Source of the DNA: a virus
Direction: 5' to 3' (one strand)
Length of the DNA: 64,000 nucleotides
Virus record (IMG/VR): IMGVR_UViG_3300021130_000224
Span: 44,422-108,421 of that record
Positions 9,103 through 23,800 of this stretch are shown here, one piece after another. The stretch's first letter is position 1, and every line of letters starts with the position of its first letter. The notes under the pieces are model-generated. The model was not told where the DNA came from. It did not search any database and saw nothing but the letters and a program-made list of their open reading frames with translations. The position numbers and the translations under genes are program-made.

Positions 9103-11802
9103 ATGGCAAGTTATTTGTCAAAGCCTACTGAATATGCACCGTACCAACCTACAATTGATGCAGAGTTGTACGGAAAAATGCTTATGAAGAAAGAAGCTGA
9201 CTATCAAGAGGGAATCAAAAAAACTCAATCTGATATAAACTATCTTGGATCATTACCGGTAGGCAATGATGCAGATAGACAATATCTGCAAGGTATTATA
9301 CATGGCATTACTACTGAGATAAATAATAATGTAAATACCAACTGGTCAGATCAAAGTATCCAAAATATTACACATGATCACATAAGCAAACTTGCCAACG
9401 ATTATATTGTACAAACAGCTACAAAATCAGCTTTGCAATGGAAATCAGATAAACAAAAGGCAATAAAGAGTCAGGAAGAAAATGAAGGTAAGGATATTGC
9501 TAATCAGTACAATTTAGCTAAGACAAGTAATCCCTATTTGAATGCTGAAAAAGCAGGTACTGCTTATAAAGGTTCTTGGATACCGTTTGTGGATATTAGT
9601 GAAGCTCGTACTAAAGTTGCAAAAGATGTACCAGTTGAAGAATGGACACAAAGCGATACAAAAGGTTTAGGTACTATGCAATATGCTGATATTGTAAACC
9701 AAAATTTTAAAGCAAGAAAACCTGATAAAATAAGAGATTCGCTTATTGGTTACATTGATACAAATCCTGGTGCTAAAACACAACTTGTTTTAGAGGCAGA
9801 CTATGCATATAAAGATTACGATAAAGCAGCTACAGTAAATGAATTATATAATGCCAAGTTAAAAAACTTATCGCATTATCAATTACAGTTAAATCAAAAT
9901 AATAAAGATTTGACTTCTTTAGGTGATTTGAGCAATCCGGCTGTTGTTAAGAAAAGAGCTCAGTTAGAAAAAGAGCGTAAAATATTAGAAGGTAATTATA
10001 AAAAAGAGGCTTTAGATATTTACCAAAATGTAAATAATGAGGTTGAGTCAATTTGGGAAGATGAAAATAAACGAAGTGGTTTGTTCAATAATCTCTATAA
10101 AGAAAAATGGATACAGCAAGCTATAGATAATTATAGTTTCAATGATTCTCAAGGTATAACTATACAAGGACAAACAGCTTTCCAAAAACAAACGGCCTTT
10201 GCTCAAGGTAGCAGAGATCAACAAAAACTTGATTTAGAATTAAAAAAAGCTTTAGCTGAAAAAACAGCAAGCAAGGAAAATGAATACGGTATAATAGTTC
10301 CTCAAGGTATTGCTTCAGATAAAGCAAACAGTTCATACGCAAAAGCAACTGATATAGTTCAGAAAAAAGATGAGCAGATAAGTAGAAACTCGTTGAATTT
10401 ATTATACAATGTATTTAGTGTAAATGGTGGTTTTGAAGGTTTAGAAAAAGATTATGATGGTAAAACTATTAAAATAACTAGACCGTATACTGCAGTCAAT
10501 GTACCTGGAGTAGGTATACAAAATTTACCAACTCAGGTTTTTCTTGTAGGAGGTGAATACACTGACTCAAAAGGTAAAAAACGTACCTATGATGGTATGT
10601 TAAATCAGTTTATAAACTCTTACAGAAACGGCGAATACAAAAACACAAATAAATTAAGTGCTCAAGGTGGGGCTTTTACAATAGGAGATGCTAACATAAA
10701 AGATATCCAAAAAATATCAGAAGATTTATACAACCAAGCAGATAAAAAACATCTTATTGCCACTACAGAAAAAGAAGTTTATAAAAAATTAAATATTCCA
10801 AATTTAGTCGATAACTTAAATAGTAATCCTATAAATGGAGTAAGTGGCAAGGATCTCATAAAGTATAATAGTTTACCCCAAAGTATTTTAGATGACTATC
10901 ACGAGGCTTATGAAAAAGGCGTATATGACCCTAAAGATAGAAGTGAATATGAACTTAAAAATAAACTAAAAGAACAGGTTTCAAAATCATTAATAGAATA
11001 TGGTTTAGATCCAAGCAAAATTTACAATATTAAGTATGCAAAAAGTGGTATTATAAAAGAAATAAAAGATAAAACAAAAGATGCAGCAGTTGAATTAAAT
11101 AGAGCTTTTGAACAAAAAAATCTTATAACTACTCCCTTGATTAGAGAATGGACTGGCGATAAAGATGAGTTACATAAATTAAGTAGGGAAGATGTACAAA
11201 ATTCAAGAGCAAGAGCTATAAAAACTTTTGCACAAACTTTTGTAAGTCAACCTGGAGCAGATGCCAAATTAATAGGAGATGCCCAAAAAATTGTTAGTTT
11301 TTATGAAGATAAACAAAAAGGTAAAGTAGATGATTATCCTACTTTACATTATACTCAAGATCCTGATACCAAAGAATATATTTTGACTGTAGAAAAAGGT
11401 GGTGAACAGGTTAACTTACCTGTAAAACAAGATCAGGCAAAACTATGGAAATGGGATCCTACTATAGGTGAAGTCAGTGATCTTGAACAAACAATAAGAT
11501 GGAATAGATATGGCTCAACTATTCCTACAAATCCTTCAAGTGGTAAACCGGAAGTAATGAGTTTTGAGAATGCAAGACACATCGGTACATTAGGAAATAA
11601 GGAATTAAGATACCATGTTGTTCCAAGAAATAGTTATAGTGGTGAAACAGAATATACTGTTTATTTTTATGACAAGGAAGTAGATAGTTCAAAAGAACCT
11701 GAAGTAAAAGTACAACCTGTACCAGATAATGATTTGAACAGATTGGGACAATCTATTGAATTACACAAAGAACAAATTCAACAACAAAACAAAAGAAAAT
11801 AA
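9103..11802 (+). CDS. Virion cargo (ejected) protein
   Basis: 899-aa helical protein directly upstream of the giant RNAP, the usual position of crAss-like cargo proteins. No catalytic motif recognised. Confidence 0.5.
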   Translation: MASYLSKPTEYAPYQPTIDAELYGKMLMKKEADYQEGIKKTQSDINYLGSLPVGNDADRQYLQGIIHGITTEINNNVNTNWSDQSIQNITHDHISKLANDYIVQTATKSALQWKSDKQKAIKSQEENEGKDIANQYNLAKTSNPYLNAEKAGTAYKGSWIPFVDISEARTKVAKDVPVEEWTQSDTKGLGTMQYADIVNQNFKARKPDKIRDSLIGYIDTNPGAKTQLVLEADYAYKDYDKAATVNELYNAKLKNLSHYQLQLNQNNKDLTSLGDLSNPAVVKKRAQLEKERKILEGNYKKEALDIYQNVNNEVESIWEDENKRSGLFNNLYKEKWIQQAIDNYSFNDSQGITIQGQTAFQKQTAFAQGSRDQQKLDLELKKALAEKTASKENEYGIIVPQGIASDKANSSYAKATDIVQKKDEQISRNSLNLLYNVFSVNGGFEGLEKDYDGKTIKITRPYTAVNVPGVGIQNLPTQVFLVGGEYTDSKGKKRTYDGMLNQFINSYRNGEYKNTNKLSAQGGAFTIGDANIKDIQKISEDLYNQADKKHLIATTEKEVYKKLNIPNLVDNLNSNPINGVSGKDLIKYNSLPQSILDDYHEAYEKGVYDPKDRSEYELKNKLKEQVSKSLIEYGLDPSKIYNIKYAKSGIIKEIKDKTKDAAVELNRAFEQKNLITTPLIREWTGDKDELHKLSREDVQNSRARAIKTFAQTFVSQPGADAKLIGDAQKIVSFYEDKQKGKVDDYPTLHYTQDPDTKEYILTVEKGGEQVNLPVKQDQAKLWKWDPTIGEVSDLEQTIRWNRYGSTIPTNPSSGKPEVMSFENARHIGTLGNKELRYHVVPRNSYSGETEYTVYFYDKEVDSSKEPEVKVQPVPDNDLNRLGQSIELHKEQIQQQNKRK

Positions 11803-11804
11803 TT

Positions 11805-14800
11805 ATGCCAGGTACAGATCAGTTTGGATTTCCAACTTTGCCTAATATGGATAATTCTCAGAAAGATGCAAATCAAACACTTTCTGAAAACCAAAATAAT
11901 GTAGTAAACCCTGCGTTTGTCTTACCTTCTCTTACAAGGGAGTCAAAAAACTTGATACCGAATAAAAGTTCTGCAAGTGGGGTTTTTGATGACATAATGA
12001 AAACTGCAGAAACCCTTACAAGTAAAGGGCCTTCATTAACTGAGCTTACTACTAAAACTGCACAGGATGTTCCAAAAGAATACCGTACAGGTAAATTTCC
12101 TATGTATTATGGTCCAGAAACTGAAGATTTTTATGGTAAGTCTCAGGGTACCGGAGAAAAGTTATTGTATGGTGTAGGCAGAGGTATATCTTCAGGTTCA
12201 CGAGCATTTCTTCAATCTACAGTAGGACTGGTAAATGACATAGCATCTGTATCTACTGGTGGAAGCTTTACTGACAATAACTTAAACAAATGGTTTGATA
12301 CATGGCAAAAAGCAGATGATCTTGATATGCCTCTGTATCAAACAAAAGAAGAAAGAGATAGATCAGGTTGGGATCCAAGAGGTTGGGTAACTGGTAATAA
12401 TGTTGCTCACTTTATAGAAAGTTTGGGCTTTATGGCAGGTATGGCAGGTGGTGCATATGTTACTGCCGGTGCTGGAGAATTTGCCATAGGGGCAAGAGTA
12501 ACTGGATCCATAATGGCAGCATATGATGAAGCTATTGCTAGTTTCTCAGAATTAGCTGCTAAACAAGCTATATTAGTAGGAGTAGAGGATGGCGAAGTTG
12601 TAGCAAAGGCTTTGTCTCAACAGTTAATGAATGATGTAAAAGCTATTCAAGCAGAAGCTACAAGCGGTGCAGTAAAGCTTGATAAAGTAAATAAACTACT
12701 CAATGCAAGTAAAGCTGACCTTGATGCAAAATATGCAGCAAAGTTATTAGGTGCAGAAAAAATAAAGCAAACTATTTATGGTGGTATAGGTAATTTAGGT
12801 ATAGCATCTTCAGCAGGTTTTGAGGCAAAAGAACAGTTCAAACAGAACTACATTGACTCAATGCGTGAAAGAGGTTTTGAACTAACACCTGAAGAACTTC
12901 AAAAGCTTGAAGGTGTTTCTACAAGTGTTGCAAGATGGACAGCTACTGTTACAGGTGCACTGGGAGCTATTTCTTTTGGTCATGCATTTAAAGGAATTGT
13001 TGCAAAAGGAGAAGCCGAAACAGCAGTAAGAGAAGAAATAAATAATCTTGTAAACAAAGAAATACTTACTTCTGAAGAAATAGCTGCAAATAAAATAGCT
13101 AAAACTGCTACAGGGCCTCATATAGAAGGTAAAACAGAATACGTTGATCCTACACAAGCAACAAAGAAAGCAGATAACTTTATAGGAAAGGTTACTCAGA
13201 GTGCACGTAGAGTAGGTAAAGTTGCTGGACAAAATATTGGAAAAATATATGATCCATTTGGTGCTATTACAATGGCTGAGTTTTCAATGGTGTCACCTGC
13301 TATAGAAAACTATTTTTCAAAGCAATACCAAACAGGTGATGCTGACGTATGGGCAGATGCAATAGGTCCTAATCTTGAAAGAGTATTTGGTACAAAAGAA
13401 GGCATAGGAGAACTTATATCAGGTGGCCTTGCAAGTGGATTTTTCCAGGTGGGTGAAAACATAAAAACATCTGGAAAAAGGAAGAGTGCAACGGAAGCTG
13501 CAGCAAATGGAATGAATAAAACTTACATGGGCACTTACCTTAAAGATCTTACTCAGTCCATCAAGGTAGGTAGAGCATTTGATGAAGAAGAAAAAGATGC
13601 TATAATGTCCGGTGACAAAAAGAAACAGTATGACTCAAGAATGTCAAAACTGTTTGCATACATGTTACCAAGAGTAAAGCATGGTAAGTTAGAATACATT
13701 AAATCCGATATAAGAGGTTATCGTGAGCTTCTTGCTACTGATGAGGGCCGTAAACAATTACGTGCAAGTGGAGAATTGCCGGCAGAAGGTGATCTGGTAA
13801 AACAAGCAGAAGAGCTTAATCAACATCTTAATAAGATAGAAGCTTATGCTGAGAATGCAGATAAGACTTATAAAGCTCTTCGTTTAAACCATGGTTCCGA
13901 CCCAAGATTTAAAGATGAAGTTTTTGAAAAGTTGTTATATGCTTCTTCAATGATTGATAACGCATCCGAAAGAATCGTTAATATTTCAAAAGAACTTGAT
14001 ACCAATAAAGATATTACTCCTCAGATAAGAACTCAACTTGTTGAACTTCAAAAGTTAATGAGCAGACCTCTTACTGCAGAAGAATCATTTGAACTTCTTA
14101 AAAATCTTGGTGAATCAAGAGAAGAAATTATTAATAAACTTTCAGGTAGAAAGAATATTAGTGATCTTAGAAATAAGATAGTTTCTAACATAAAAGGTTT
14201 AAGTATTAATGAGACTAAGCAACAAGAGCTTATTGGTAAGATGGGTGATATGCTTAAATTAACCAATAGTAAAACTGGTTATTTAAAAGATTATCAGACA
14301 ATGATACTTAACCCTGAAATGGCTCATGATTTTAGTAGGAACAGCTTACCTGGTTTCCATGAAGAAATGCCCATGGGTAAAGGAGAAGGAGAAGAAGGTG
14401 GTCCGGAGAAACTTACAAAGACCATAAAAGTAAAACATGCAGGTAGTCCTTTTATACTAGGATCAGATGGTAAAAAGATATTTACCCCTTCTGACCTTGA
14501 GGTAGGTGAGGAGTATATAGGTGGTGTAAGAGAACTTTATGATGAATATAAAGGTGAGCCTACCAAAATGAAAAACTTCCCTAAATTCAGATTAGAAGGG
14601 GAGGTTGAAAAAGAAAGACAGACAAGTAAAGGTATTCTTAAAGAAAAGAAGATATTAATAAGTGTACCAGTAGGAGAGAATGGTGATAGAAGATACATGG
14701 AAATTGATCCCAAAGTATTTGAAAAGTATAAACTTACAAAACTTAAAGATCTTCAAAAAAATGAAGAGGCAATGTTCTATGTAAATCATGCAAATGATGT

Positions 14801-17800
14801 ATTTACATATGAATTTCAGAAAGGTAACTCTGATGCAATAAAAGATGGCATTATAACTTTTGATAAGGATAAAAATGTTTTAGCCTTCCGTTACAGAAGC
14901 AATGATGGCAAGGTAAGAGATCATGTTATTGATTTACAAAGAGCACTTGAAGAAGACAGACTAAAGTTTAAAGACAGTAAAAAAGAAATAAGTAAAGAAG
15001 AATATGATAGAATTAAAAACTATCGTGATCCTAACTATACAATGAAAGCTGCTCGTCAAATAGAAATAATTGATGAAGCTACTAAAGAGTACAGAACAGA
15101 ACTGGAAGAAGTTAAAGGTAGAATAAAAGAACGTGAAGATTTGCTTGGTCAACTTCAGGATACCATTGCTGGTATTCAGGAGAAAATGAAAAAACAAGGT
15201 ACTACTAAAAAATCTTTAACTCAGTACACAAAAGAACTTGTGTACATGCAGGAATTACATGATTCTTTACATGATGACCTTGAGCCATTGCTTGCAAGAA
15301 GGGAAGAACTGCAATCTCATTCTGACATAGTAGAAGGTTTAAAAAGTAATATACTTAACCATCCTAACGGTGTTGAGTTTATTGAATACTTGAAAAAATC
15401 TCAAGAGAACATAAAAGCTGAGAAAGAGAAAAACGATACTGCAATTGAGCATCTGAAAGGTCTTATTTCAAAAGCAAAAGATTTTATTGTCACTCTGAAA
15501 GATTCATTACTCAAGAGAATAGCAAAGTTTGAAGCAAGGTATCCGAGTGAAACACCAGGACGTATAGGAGAAATGTCTCAAAGTGAAGCTAATACTTTGT
15601 TGACAATACTAAGAGCTAATGAGTATGATTTCCCTAAAAAACAAGGTATTACCTATGACGATAGTTCTCTTTGGAAAGAAGAACAAATAGGTACTCAGAA
15701 TCCATCAAGGTTGACAGAGCAAACAAGAGCACTTAAAGAGTTCTTAGAAACAAACAGAGACTTCTTTAAAGATCGAGATGAAATACTAAAGGATACTAAT
15801 ATACTTGATGTTAAAGAAAATGAAATAGAAGCTAATGAAAAAGCTATTGCTGAATTATTAGCTGATAATAAGGAACTTGAAAAAGTCTTTAATATTCTCG
15901 ACAAGATAACTAAACAGTTTGAAGAAGAGTATAAGAGATGGAAAGAAGATGTTGTACTTACTCAAGCATACCGGGAATCACCAAGTGCACAAAGGGTTCT
16001 TAGAGAAATGCAAGCAGCAATGAATGCAAACTCTTTACCTATTGTCCCTACATCTTTACTTGATAAAGCTGTAAGGGCCGTGTTAAGAAAAATACCGTTT
16101 TTTAAAATGAAGGGTTTACAACGAAATCCTTTTGCTGATAGTATTATAGTTGATAGTACAAATAAAAATACTTCTTTTTATCAGCAACACAATAACTGGC
16201 CTGATAGAGAAAGAGATTTTACAGCTAATCTTACTAAATGGTCATTTAAGTTAAATGGCAGTAAGTTTGGTTTAGGTAGTGCTATAGAGCCTGATAATGT
16301 AAAGGTAATGGTAGTTAATACCGGCAACCAATCTGCTTTTGGTTTTGAAGGTTTTGTACCTGAGAGTTATCAGAGTTATGATAAATCAGAAACTATTTTC
16401 AACAAAGGAGAAAATAGAGATAACTCAAGAGCACAGGTAGCACTTGTTTATACATATCAAGATGAATCAGGTAGGACATTTACTATAGATAAAGATGGTA
16501 ATCTTTTATCTGAAATAAAACCGGGTGCAGAACAACATGATTTTGACAACATGGTGTTTACCTACCTTGATCACTCAAACCTTAAAAGAACAGGTGCATA
16601 TAGAGCAGGAGAGAGTAAATTTTATGATGCTGAAAGTTTTAGTCAAGATGAACTAAATGCTATTCAAGCAAGTGCTACATCAATGCGTAAAAAGCTTCTT
16701 GATCTAAATGGTCAATTGTTGCTTGATTTTGATGTAATGGGAGGTTTTATTAATAAACCTAAAGAACTGGATGAGGAAATTTCTGATGGTACGGAAGGTG
16801 ATGAAGAACCAAAGAAGAAGCCGGTAATTAACAGAAGTGTTACAGAAGTAGGTTTAATGTCTGATTCAGATCTAAGTAAGCCAAATATTCTTGCTGTAGC
16901 AACTGACGTAGATCCTGAAAACAATAAAGTAGCCAGAGTAGATGGAGAACTTATACCTACTGCTTTACCATTTTTAAGATTGAAATCTGGTAAACCGGTA
17001 ATACTTACAACTAATAGGTTTACAAAAGAGCAGGCTGAGAACATTTATAATGTTCTGAAAAAGATTGCTAATTCAATGTTCAGAGCATATGGTAAATCAG
17101 AAGGTTCTGCTGAAGAAGGTGCAGTTGATAGATTGAGAAATGTTTCTACTGGTAAAGAAATAAGTGCTATGTGGAGATACCTTTCTACAATATCTTATTT
17201 CCGTAGACCAGAAGAAGGAGAGACTCTTGACAGAAATCAATTCTACCTTGATGGAAAAGGTAATATTGTAATGGGTAAAACGTCATGGAAATTTGATCCT
17301 AAGACACTTAATGATCCCGAAGTAAAAGAAAAGATAATTACAATTATTGCCGGCTCTGACAAAATACCAGGCCTATTCCATAATGTGGATAGTCTTTCTT
17401 TACGTGAAAGAGGTACTGAACCTTTTGAAGAATACATTGTTGATGATAATGGTAATGTAAAAGAGGTTAGAACCTGGGAAACTTTAAATCATTGGTATCT
17501 ATCAGATAAATATCCTGATGGTACGGCAAGAAATAAATCAGAGAATGATAATAACATTCCTGTGACTATCAATGCAAATGTACCTTCTTCTACCGGTGAT
17601 GTTGCCATAGAAGGTCGTTACATTAAGGTAAGAGGTATTGGTGAAGAATACAAGCCTAAGATAAAGGAAAAGAAAACAGAACAGACTCACCCGAGTGCTG
17701 CACCCAAGCCAAAGGCTCCTGAACCTCAATCTGCTCAAGGTAAAACTGAACCAATAGAAGAGTTTTCTTTTGAACTAAATGGTAATAAATATCCAATAAC

Positions 17801-20800
17801 AGATGGTAAAATTGAAATAGTTCAAGATTATACTACTTATACTATTATCCCTAAAATAGAAGGCAATAATATAAAAATTGAAAATGCTCAATGGTCAATT
17901 AAAGATCCTAAAACAGGAGAAGTTAAAACAGCAGAAGCTAAAACAGCTTTAAAAGACGTATTTGAACAAAAACTTAAAGAGCAATATGCTGATCATTTAG
18001 CTAAACAAGCTGAAGCAAATAAACCTGCAGAACCTGTAGTTACTACTGATGTACCTGTATCGGATATAGAAGCTAGAAGAGCTGAGATAGAAATAAAAAT
18101 ACAGGAAAAATTAAAACAACTTGATGAAAGTGATAAAAGGTCATTAGAGGCAATAATGCCTAATAATCCTAATCATCCTACATTTAAAGTAGGCATGAGA
18201 TATAATGATGGCATGAGAGTAATTATTCAAAATGCTAAACCTTCAGATAATTTTGATGGTAGAGAAGATAGTTATATTGCAATTACTAAAATAATTGAAC
18301 CTGCTGAATATAGAGCTGATGGTAAAATGACTAAAGCTGCTAAAATTGAAACTACAATATTCAATACTAAAGAAGAAGCTGATAAAGCTATTGCAGATAC
18401 CTATGCCAAAATTCAAGCACAGGTAAAAGAAGGTAAACGTCAAAAAGATGCAAATGCTAAATTTGATACAGAACTTGCTGCTTTAGATAAAGAAGGTACA
18501 AGTACTACAGAAGAACCTCAAGTAATACCTGCTGAACCTCAAATAGAAACTAAATCAGGTAAGCCTGAAACTACAAGTAATGTTGTAGAAAGTGTTAGAG
18601 AAAAAGCACAAAGACTAAAAGACCAACTTAATGGCAATCCTCCTAATACAAGGATTGTACAACCTGGAGAAGTAGCTGTTAGTGATCACAAAGGACACGA
18701 AGAATTTATTACTTGGTTGAAAGATAAATTACCGGGTGTTAAGTATAATGAACTGCACGATGTTGTAAGAATAACAGGTGCTAAATCTGCATGGGGTATA
18801 GCGAAAGATCACATTATTAGTGTATTTAAAGATGCACCACTTAGTGCAAAATATCACGAAGCATTTCACCCTGTATTTGATGTGTTTCTTACTGACAGAG
18901 AAAAAGCTAATGTGATCAGAGAGTTTAAGAATAGACAAGGTAAGTTCTTTGATTTAGGTTCAGGTAAGTATATAAACTTTGCAGATGCTACTGTATATCA
19001 AATTGCAGATAGACTTGCTGAAGAGTTTGGTATATATAAGACTACCGGTAAAATGCCGGAATATACCCCTAAACAGCAGAATTTCTTTAAAAGATTGTGG
19101 GCAGCATTAACGAACATCTTCCGTACACCAACAACTATAGATAGTATCTTTAAAAAAGTAGATGAAGGTGGTTTTAGAAATACAGAACCATTACGTGAAA
19201 TAGGTATTAATAACTACAGTACTGTACAAGGATTAAGAAATAGATTTACTGAGCAGGAAATATCTGCCAATGTAAAAGGTATAGCACTTGAGATATACAG
19301 AAATCTTAGATTAGATACTGGTAAAATGCTTAAAACTCTTGAAGGTAAAACTACATTCAAGGAGTTAATTGATCCCATAAAAGAACTATTTAACTGGAGA
19401 TTTCATCTTGAAGATTCTGAAGCTAAATTTATGGAGAACGGTGTATTTACAATACATGCACCTGATTCTCCATTTGGTGATGTACAGAAAGATAGTTTAA
19501 CTCAAAATTGGCAAAATGTTCTTGATAACTGGGATGATTACATGTCAGAAGTAAAGTCTTTCCTTAAAACAAAGGGTATTGATTTTGTCAAGAAAGAAAT
19601 ATCAGGTGACCTTGAGGAAGGTGAATCTATTAAGGAATCTGCAGGTGAAGAAAGTAATAATAGAGATTATGCAGGTGACATATTTCAATCAGATGCAAAG
19701 AATAATTCTCCAAAAGAAATAAAGCTGATATTTGGTTTTGTTACTGAGGATGATTACGATAATGACCTTATAGCAAAAAGTAATTTCCGCTTACAGGAAA
19801 ATCCAAAACCTAAAATGAATGCTATTTCAGGTATGGATCAAATGTCAACCGATACTGATTACTTCTATGTTGTAATGAAGGAAATGGCAAATGTATCCGG
19901 CCTTGATGAGATGAAAAATAAATTCTTATCTCTTGCACAAAAAATACCTTCATTAGTAAGGCCTTACAAAGCTATATTTGGTGAACCTACTGCAAATAAT
20001 CAACCTACGGCAGAAATGCTTAGACTGCAGCACTTATTTGAAAAAACATTTAATAAGCAGGTTGTTACACCTTTCATGCAGAAGATCTCAGGCAAAGAAA
20101 GTAGTGCTACTATAAATTCAGATAGTGAACGTGATACACGTCAGATAGTAAATGATTTCTTGTCAAACATGACAGGTCTTCATATGAATACCGATATAGT
20201 ATCTATGGATCAACATGGTAACTATACCTTTAATACCAAAGTATTAAAAGATCCTACTCATAAAGATTTTATTCCTAATCCAAGAAATGGTCAGTTCCCT
20301 GAACAGAAAGAACAAATGTCTCTTGAGTTTTTGAATAAGATAGGTTTTAATTTTCCTAAAGAAGTATTTAATAAACTAAGTAAACAAGATAAAGAAAAGC
20401 TTACTAAAGAATCAATGAGACTTTATGATGAGCTTTATAGAGTAACTGCAAAAGGTTCAGGTGCACTTATATCAAGGTCAGGTATAACTACACCAGCAGT
20501 AGATAAAATAGCAGACATTTATCTTAAAGCTGAACGTGGTTTTAGATCAACTCAAAGATTTACAATAGATGGAGAACCTGCTCAAAGGTATGTTCTGCAT
20601 AATAATTTATCCCAAAATTTATCTGAGATCAATCAAGTTGAATCAAGGGAAAAACTTCTACAGGTTAAACCTTATTATGGTACAGATCCTTTCTGCCAAG
20701 AATCACTTCTTTTGAAAGAGAATGGTATGTGGTTTGCTGAAACTGAAACCAAAGGTGATACAAGGTATACACCATGGAAAGATAACTCTAAAATGCAGGT

Positions 20801-23800
20801 TACTGTAACAGAAGGTATTGATTCAAATGGTAAAAAGGTTGCAAATAAAAAAATGAATGCAGTTACCAGGTTCATGCAAGCAATGAATATGAACCTTTCA
20901 GGTAATTTCTACTTTGTAACATCTGCAGATAGTTCACAAGATTGGGGGGCAAGAACAGGTGAGACTGGTAAGTTTTATATTCCACCTTCTGTCTACAACA
21001 ACACTAAATACGTTGGTGATATTTTTGCCGGCTATTTAAGAGCTGAGATAGAAACAATCAAGGATTTTAATGTAAATCCTGAAAAGCAAAAGTGGGAGCA
21101 GCTTAATAAAAAAGTAGGTGGTAGTAAAATAGGAGAGCAACTTCGTTTCTTCAAAGGTCTTCTTTCTAAAGATGCTGTAAAAAAGGTAGAAGAATATGCA
21201 AATGGCAAAGGTCCAGATGCAGAGTTAAGTACTTCTGAATTTGTTAAAAAGATTCAGTCTGATGTAAATGAAGGCTTGAATAAATACATAAGTCAGCAAG
21301 TTGAAGATGCTAAAAAGATGTTGCAAAAAGCATCTATAATAGAGAAAGGTACTCAAGGTTATAGATGGTATGGTTTAAGCGAGAGAGTAAGAGATTTACT
21401 TAGTGCTGACCTTGAAAATAAGCTTGGTAGAAAAGAAAGACCCACCGGTGATTACAAGAAGGATAGAGATCTTCGTATTGTTTATAATGAGAAAGAAATA
21501 AACGATATTATTAAGTTTAGAACACTTAATCATCTTGCTCATGGTATTGAGATGAACAAAGTATTCTTTGGAGATCCTGCTATGTATAAAGATCCTTTTA
21601 AAAGAATGAAGCTGTTTATGTCAGGTAAAGACTTTACTCATACCGATAAAGGTATAGGTGTAAGTAATCTTGTGTTAGCTGATAAGTACAATAAAGTAGG
21701 TGCTCATACTTTAAAGAAAGGACAAGTAGGTTATCATGATTTTACTGATACTCTGAAAATATTTACTTATGACTTTGGTGATAGCCCAAGTACTAAAATT
21801 GCATCTGCAAACTGGAAAGAATTACCTGAAGCATATCAAAGTAATAATTCTATTGATGGTCAGTCTCATATAATGTTACCTTTCTACCGTGAACACAAGT
21901 TAAAGGAGGGTACATGGCCGGATGATAGAGAAGCTCAGTATCAGTATGATCTTGCTTTATTTAGAAGAGAGGCAACCAAGAGGTTTAATGCAGGGGAGAA
22001 GAAATTTGAGAAGTTTGCTTACAAAAATAATGAAGATGACAAAGCCCTAAAAGCTGAGGATGATAAACTGCTTGCTCAAGGTAATCCTAAGGTAGCAAAT
22101 GCATTTTATATTGATAAGCCACTTGCTGTAGGTATGTACCAATCACAATCAAGAATGGTACCATATGCACTTAAAACATCAACTCTTCCACTTTCTTGGG
22201 AACTTGTAAGAGGTAAGGCACTTGAAGATAAATACTTGATGATGCTGGAATCAGGTACTGCTTATAGTGGTCCTAAATCTCAGCAAAAATTTGGTATACC
22301 AGAAGGTGCACCTGAATTGTATAGTAAAGTAACAGGAAAGCTTGCTCTTACTGGTGAAATAATAAAAGCAAAACAATTACCTGTTAGTTGGTCAGACTGG
22401 GGTAAAATATTAGAAACATCAGGTGAGAAAGAAAAGATTACTCTTGGTTCTCAGGGTACTAAACTTGATCATCTCCATTTGTTTACAAGAGGTATACCTA
22501 ATGACTTTATGACAAATCTTTCTTATAAAGAAAGAAATGATCAATGGTCTAAACTTTCTCCAAAGGCCAAAATTGAAAAGAGCGAGTTTTATAAACTTTA
22601 TGACAATAAGAATAAAGCGTTAAGTGCACTTGCTTCTCATGGTCTTGAAGTAATAAAGGATGAAATAGGTATAAGTAAAAATGATGCCGGTGAATATGAA
22701 TTGATGGATGCTTCTAAACTTGTACATTTTCTTAACCAGGAAATTACCAGAAGAGAGTTACCTCAGAATATGAAGGATGCTTTAGGTGTATATTTAAACC
22801 CTAAGTCTGGTAAAATTGAGTTGACAAATGCTCTTGAAACACTTGCTAATTTCAATCAGATACGTTCTATCATAAACTCTCTTATCGACAAACATATTAA
22901 CTCACCTAAAGTGAATGGTAAAGCATTAATACTTGCTTCATCTGCAATGTTTGAAGATGCTTCAAAAGGACTAAGAGTTGAAAAAATAAATGGTAAAGAT
23001 GTACTTGTATCAGATCATCTTGAATTTTACCGTATAGGTAAAGATGGTAAACCTACTAGGAGAATGCAAGTAATGATGACCAACTTTATGTATAATGAGT
23101 TAAAGAAGAAATCTAAGCTTTCTGATGCTGAATTGATGAAATATCTGATGACAGAAGAAGGTAAAGAACTTTTGTATGGTATAGGTTTCCGTATTCCTAC
23201 TCAAGGTCTAAACTCTATAGATTCATTTGAAATAGTACCTTTTGATTTAAGGTATGATAAAGATGGACAAATAGATTACGAGAACAGTAAAATGTTTGTT
23301 CCTAATACATATGGTGACATGATGGTTGTTCCTGCAGAACTTACTACAAAAGCAGGTTCCGACTTTGACGTGGATAAATTGTTTAGTTATCTGAAGAACT
23401 TCTATATTGATGGTAAGGGTTACCCAAGACTTGTAAAGTTCTTAGATGAAAATAACTCTACTCCAGAAGAAAGATATGTTCGTTACGTTAAAGATAGTGC
23501 TGATAAGAAAACAAAAATTGCTATTAGTGCAGAACGTACTGAAGAAGATGACTATGAAAAAGAACAGTTCTTTGGTAAGTTAAAAGATGAAGTAAAACAA
23601 GCAAGAGAACTTGGTGTAAAGGATATTAAAGCTAATATCAAAGAACAAATCAATGACATTAGAAAACAGGCAATAGAGCAATCAGATAGTGTATTTGCAG
23701 AGCTTAGAGAGGTAGGTAAAAAACTGTATAGCAATTTAAGTGAGGAAGTACTTACTGAGTTTAAAGCTCTTGCTGCAGAAAACAAAACTAATAGTGTAAA

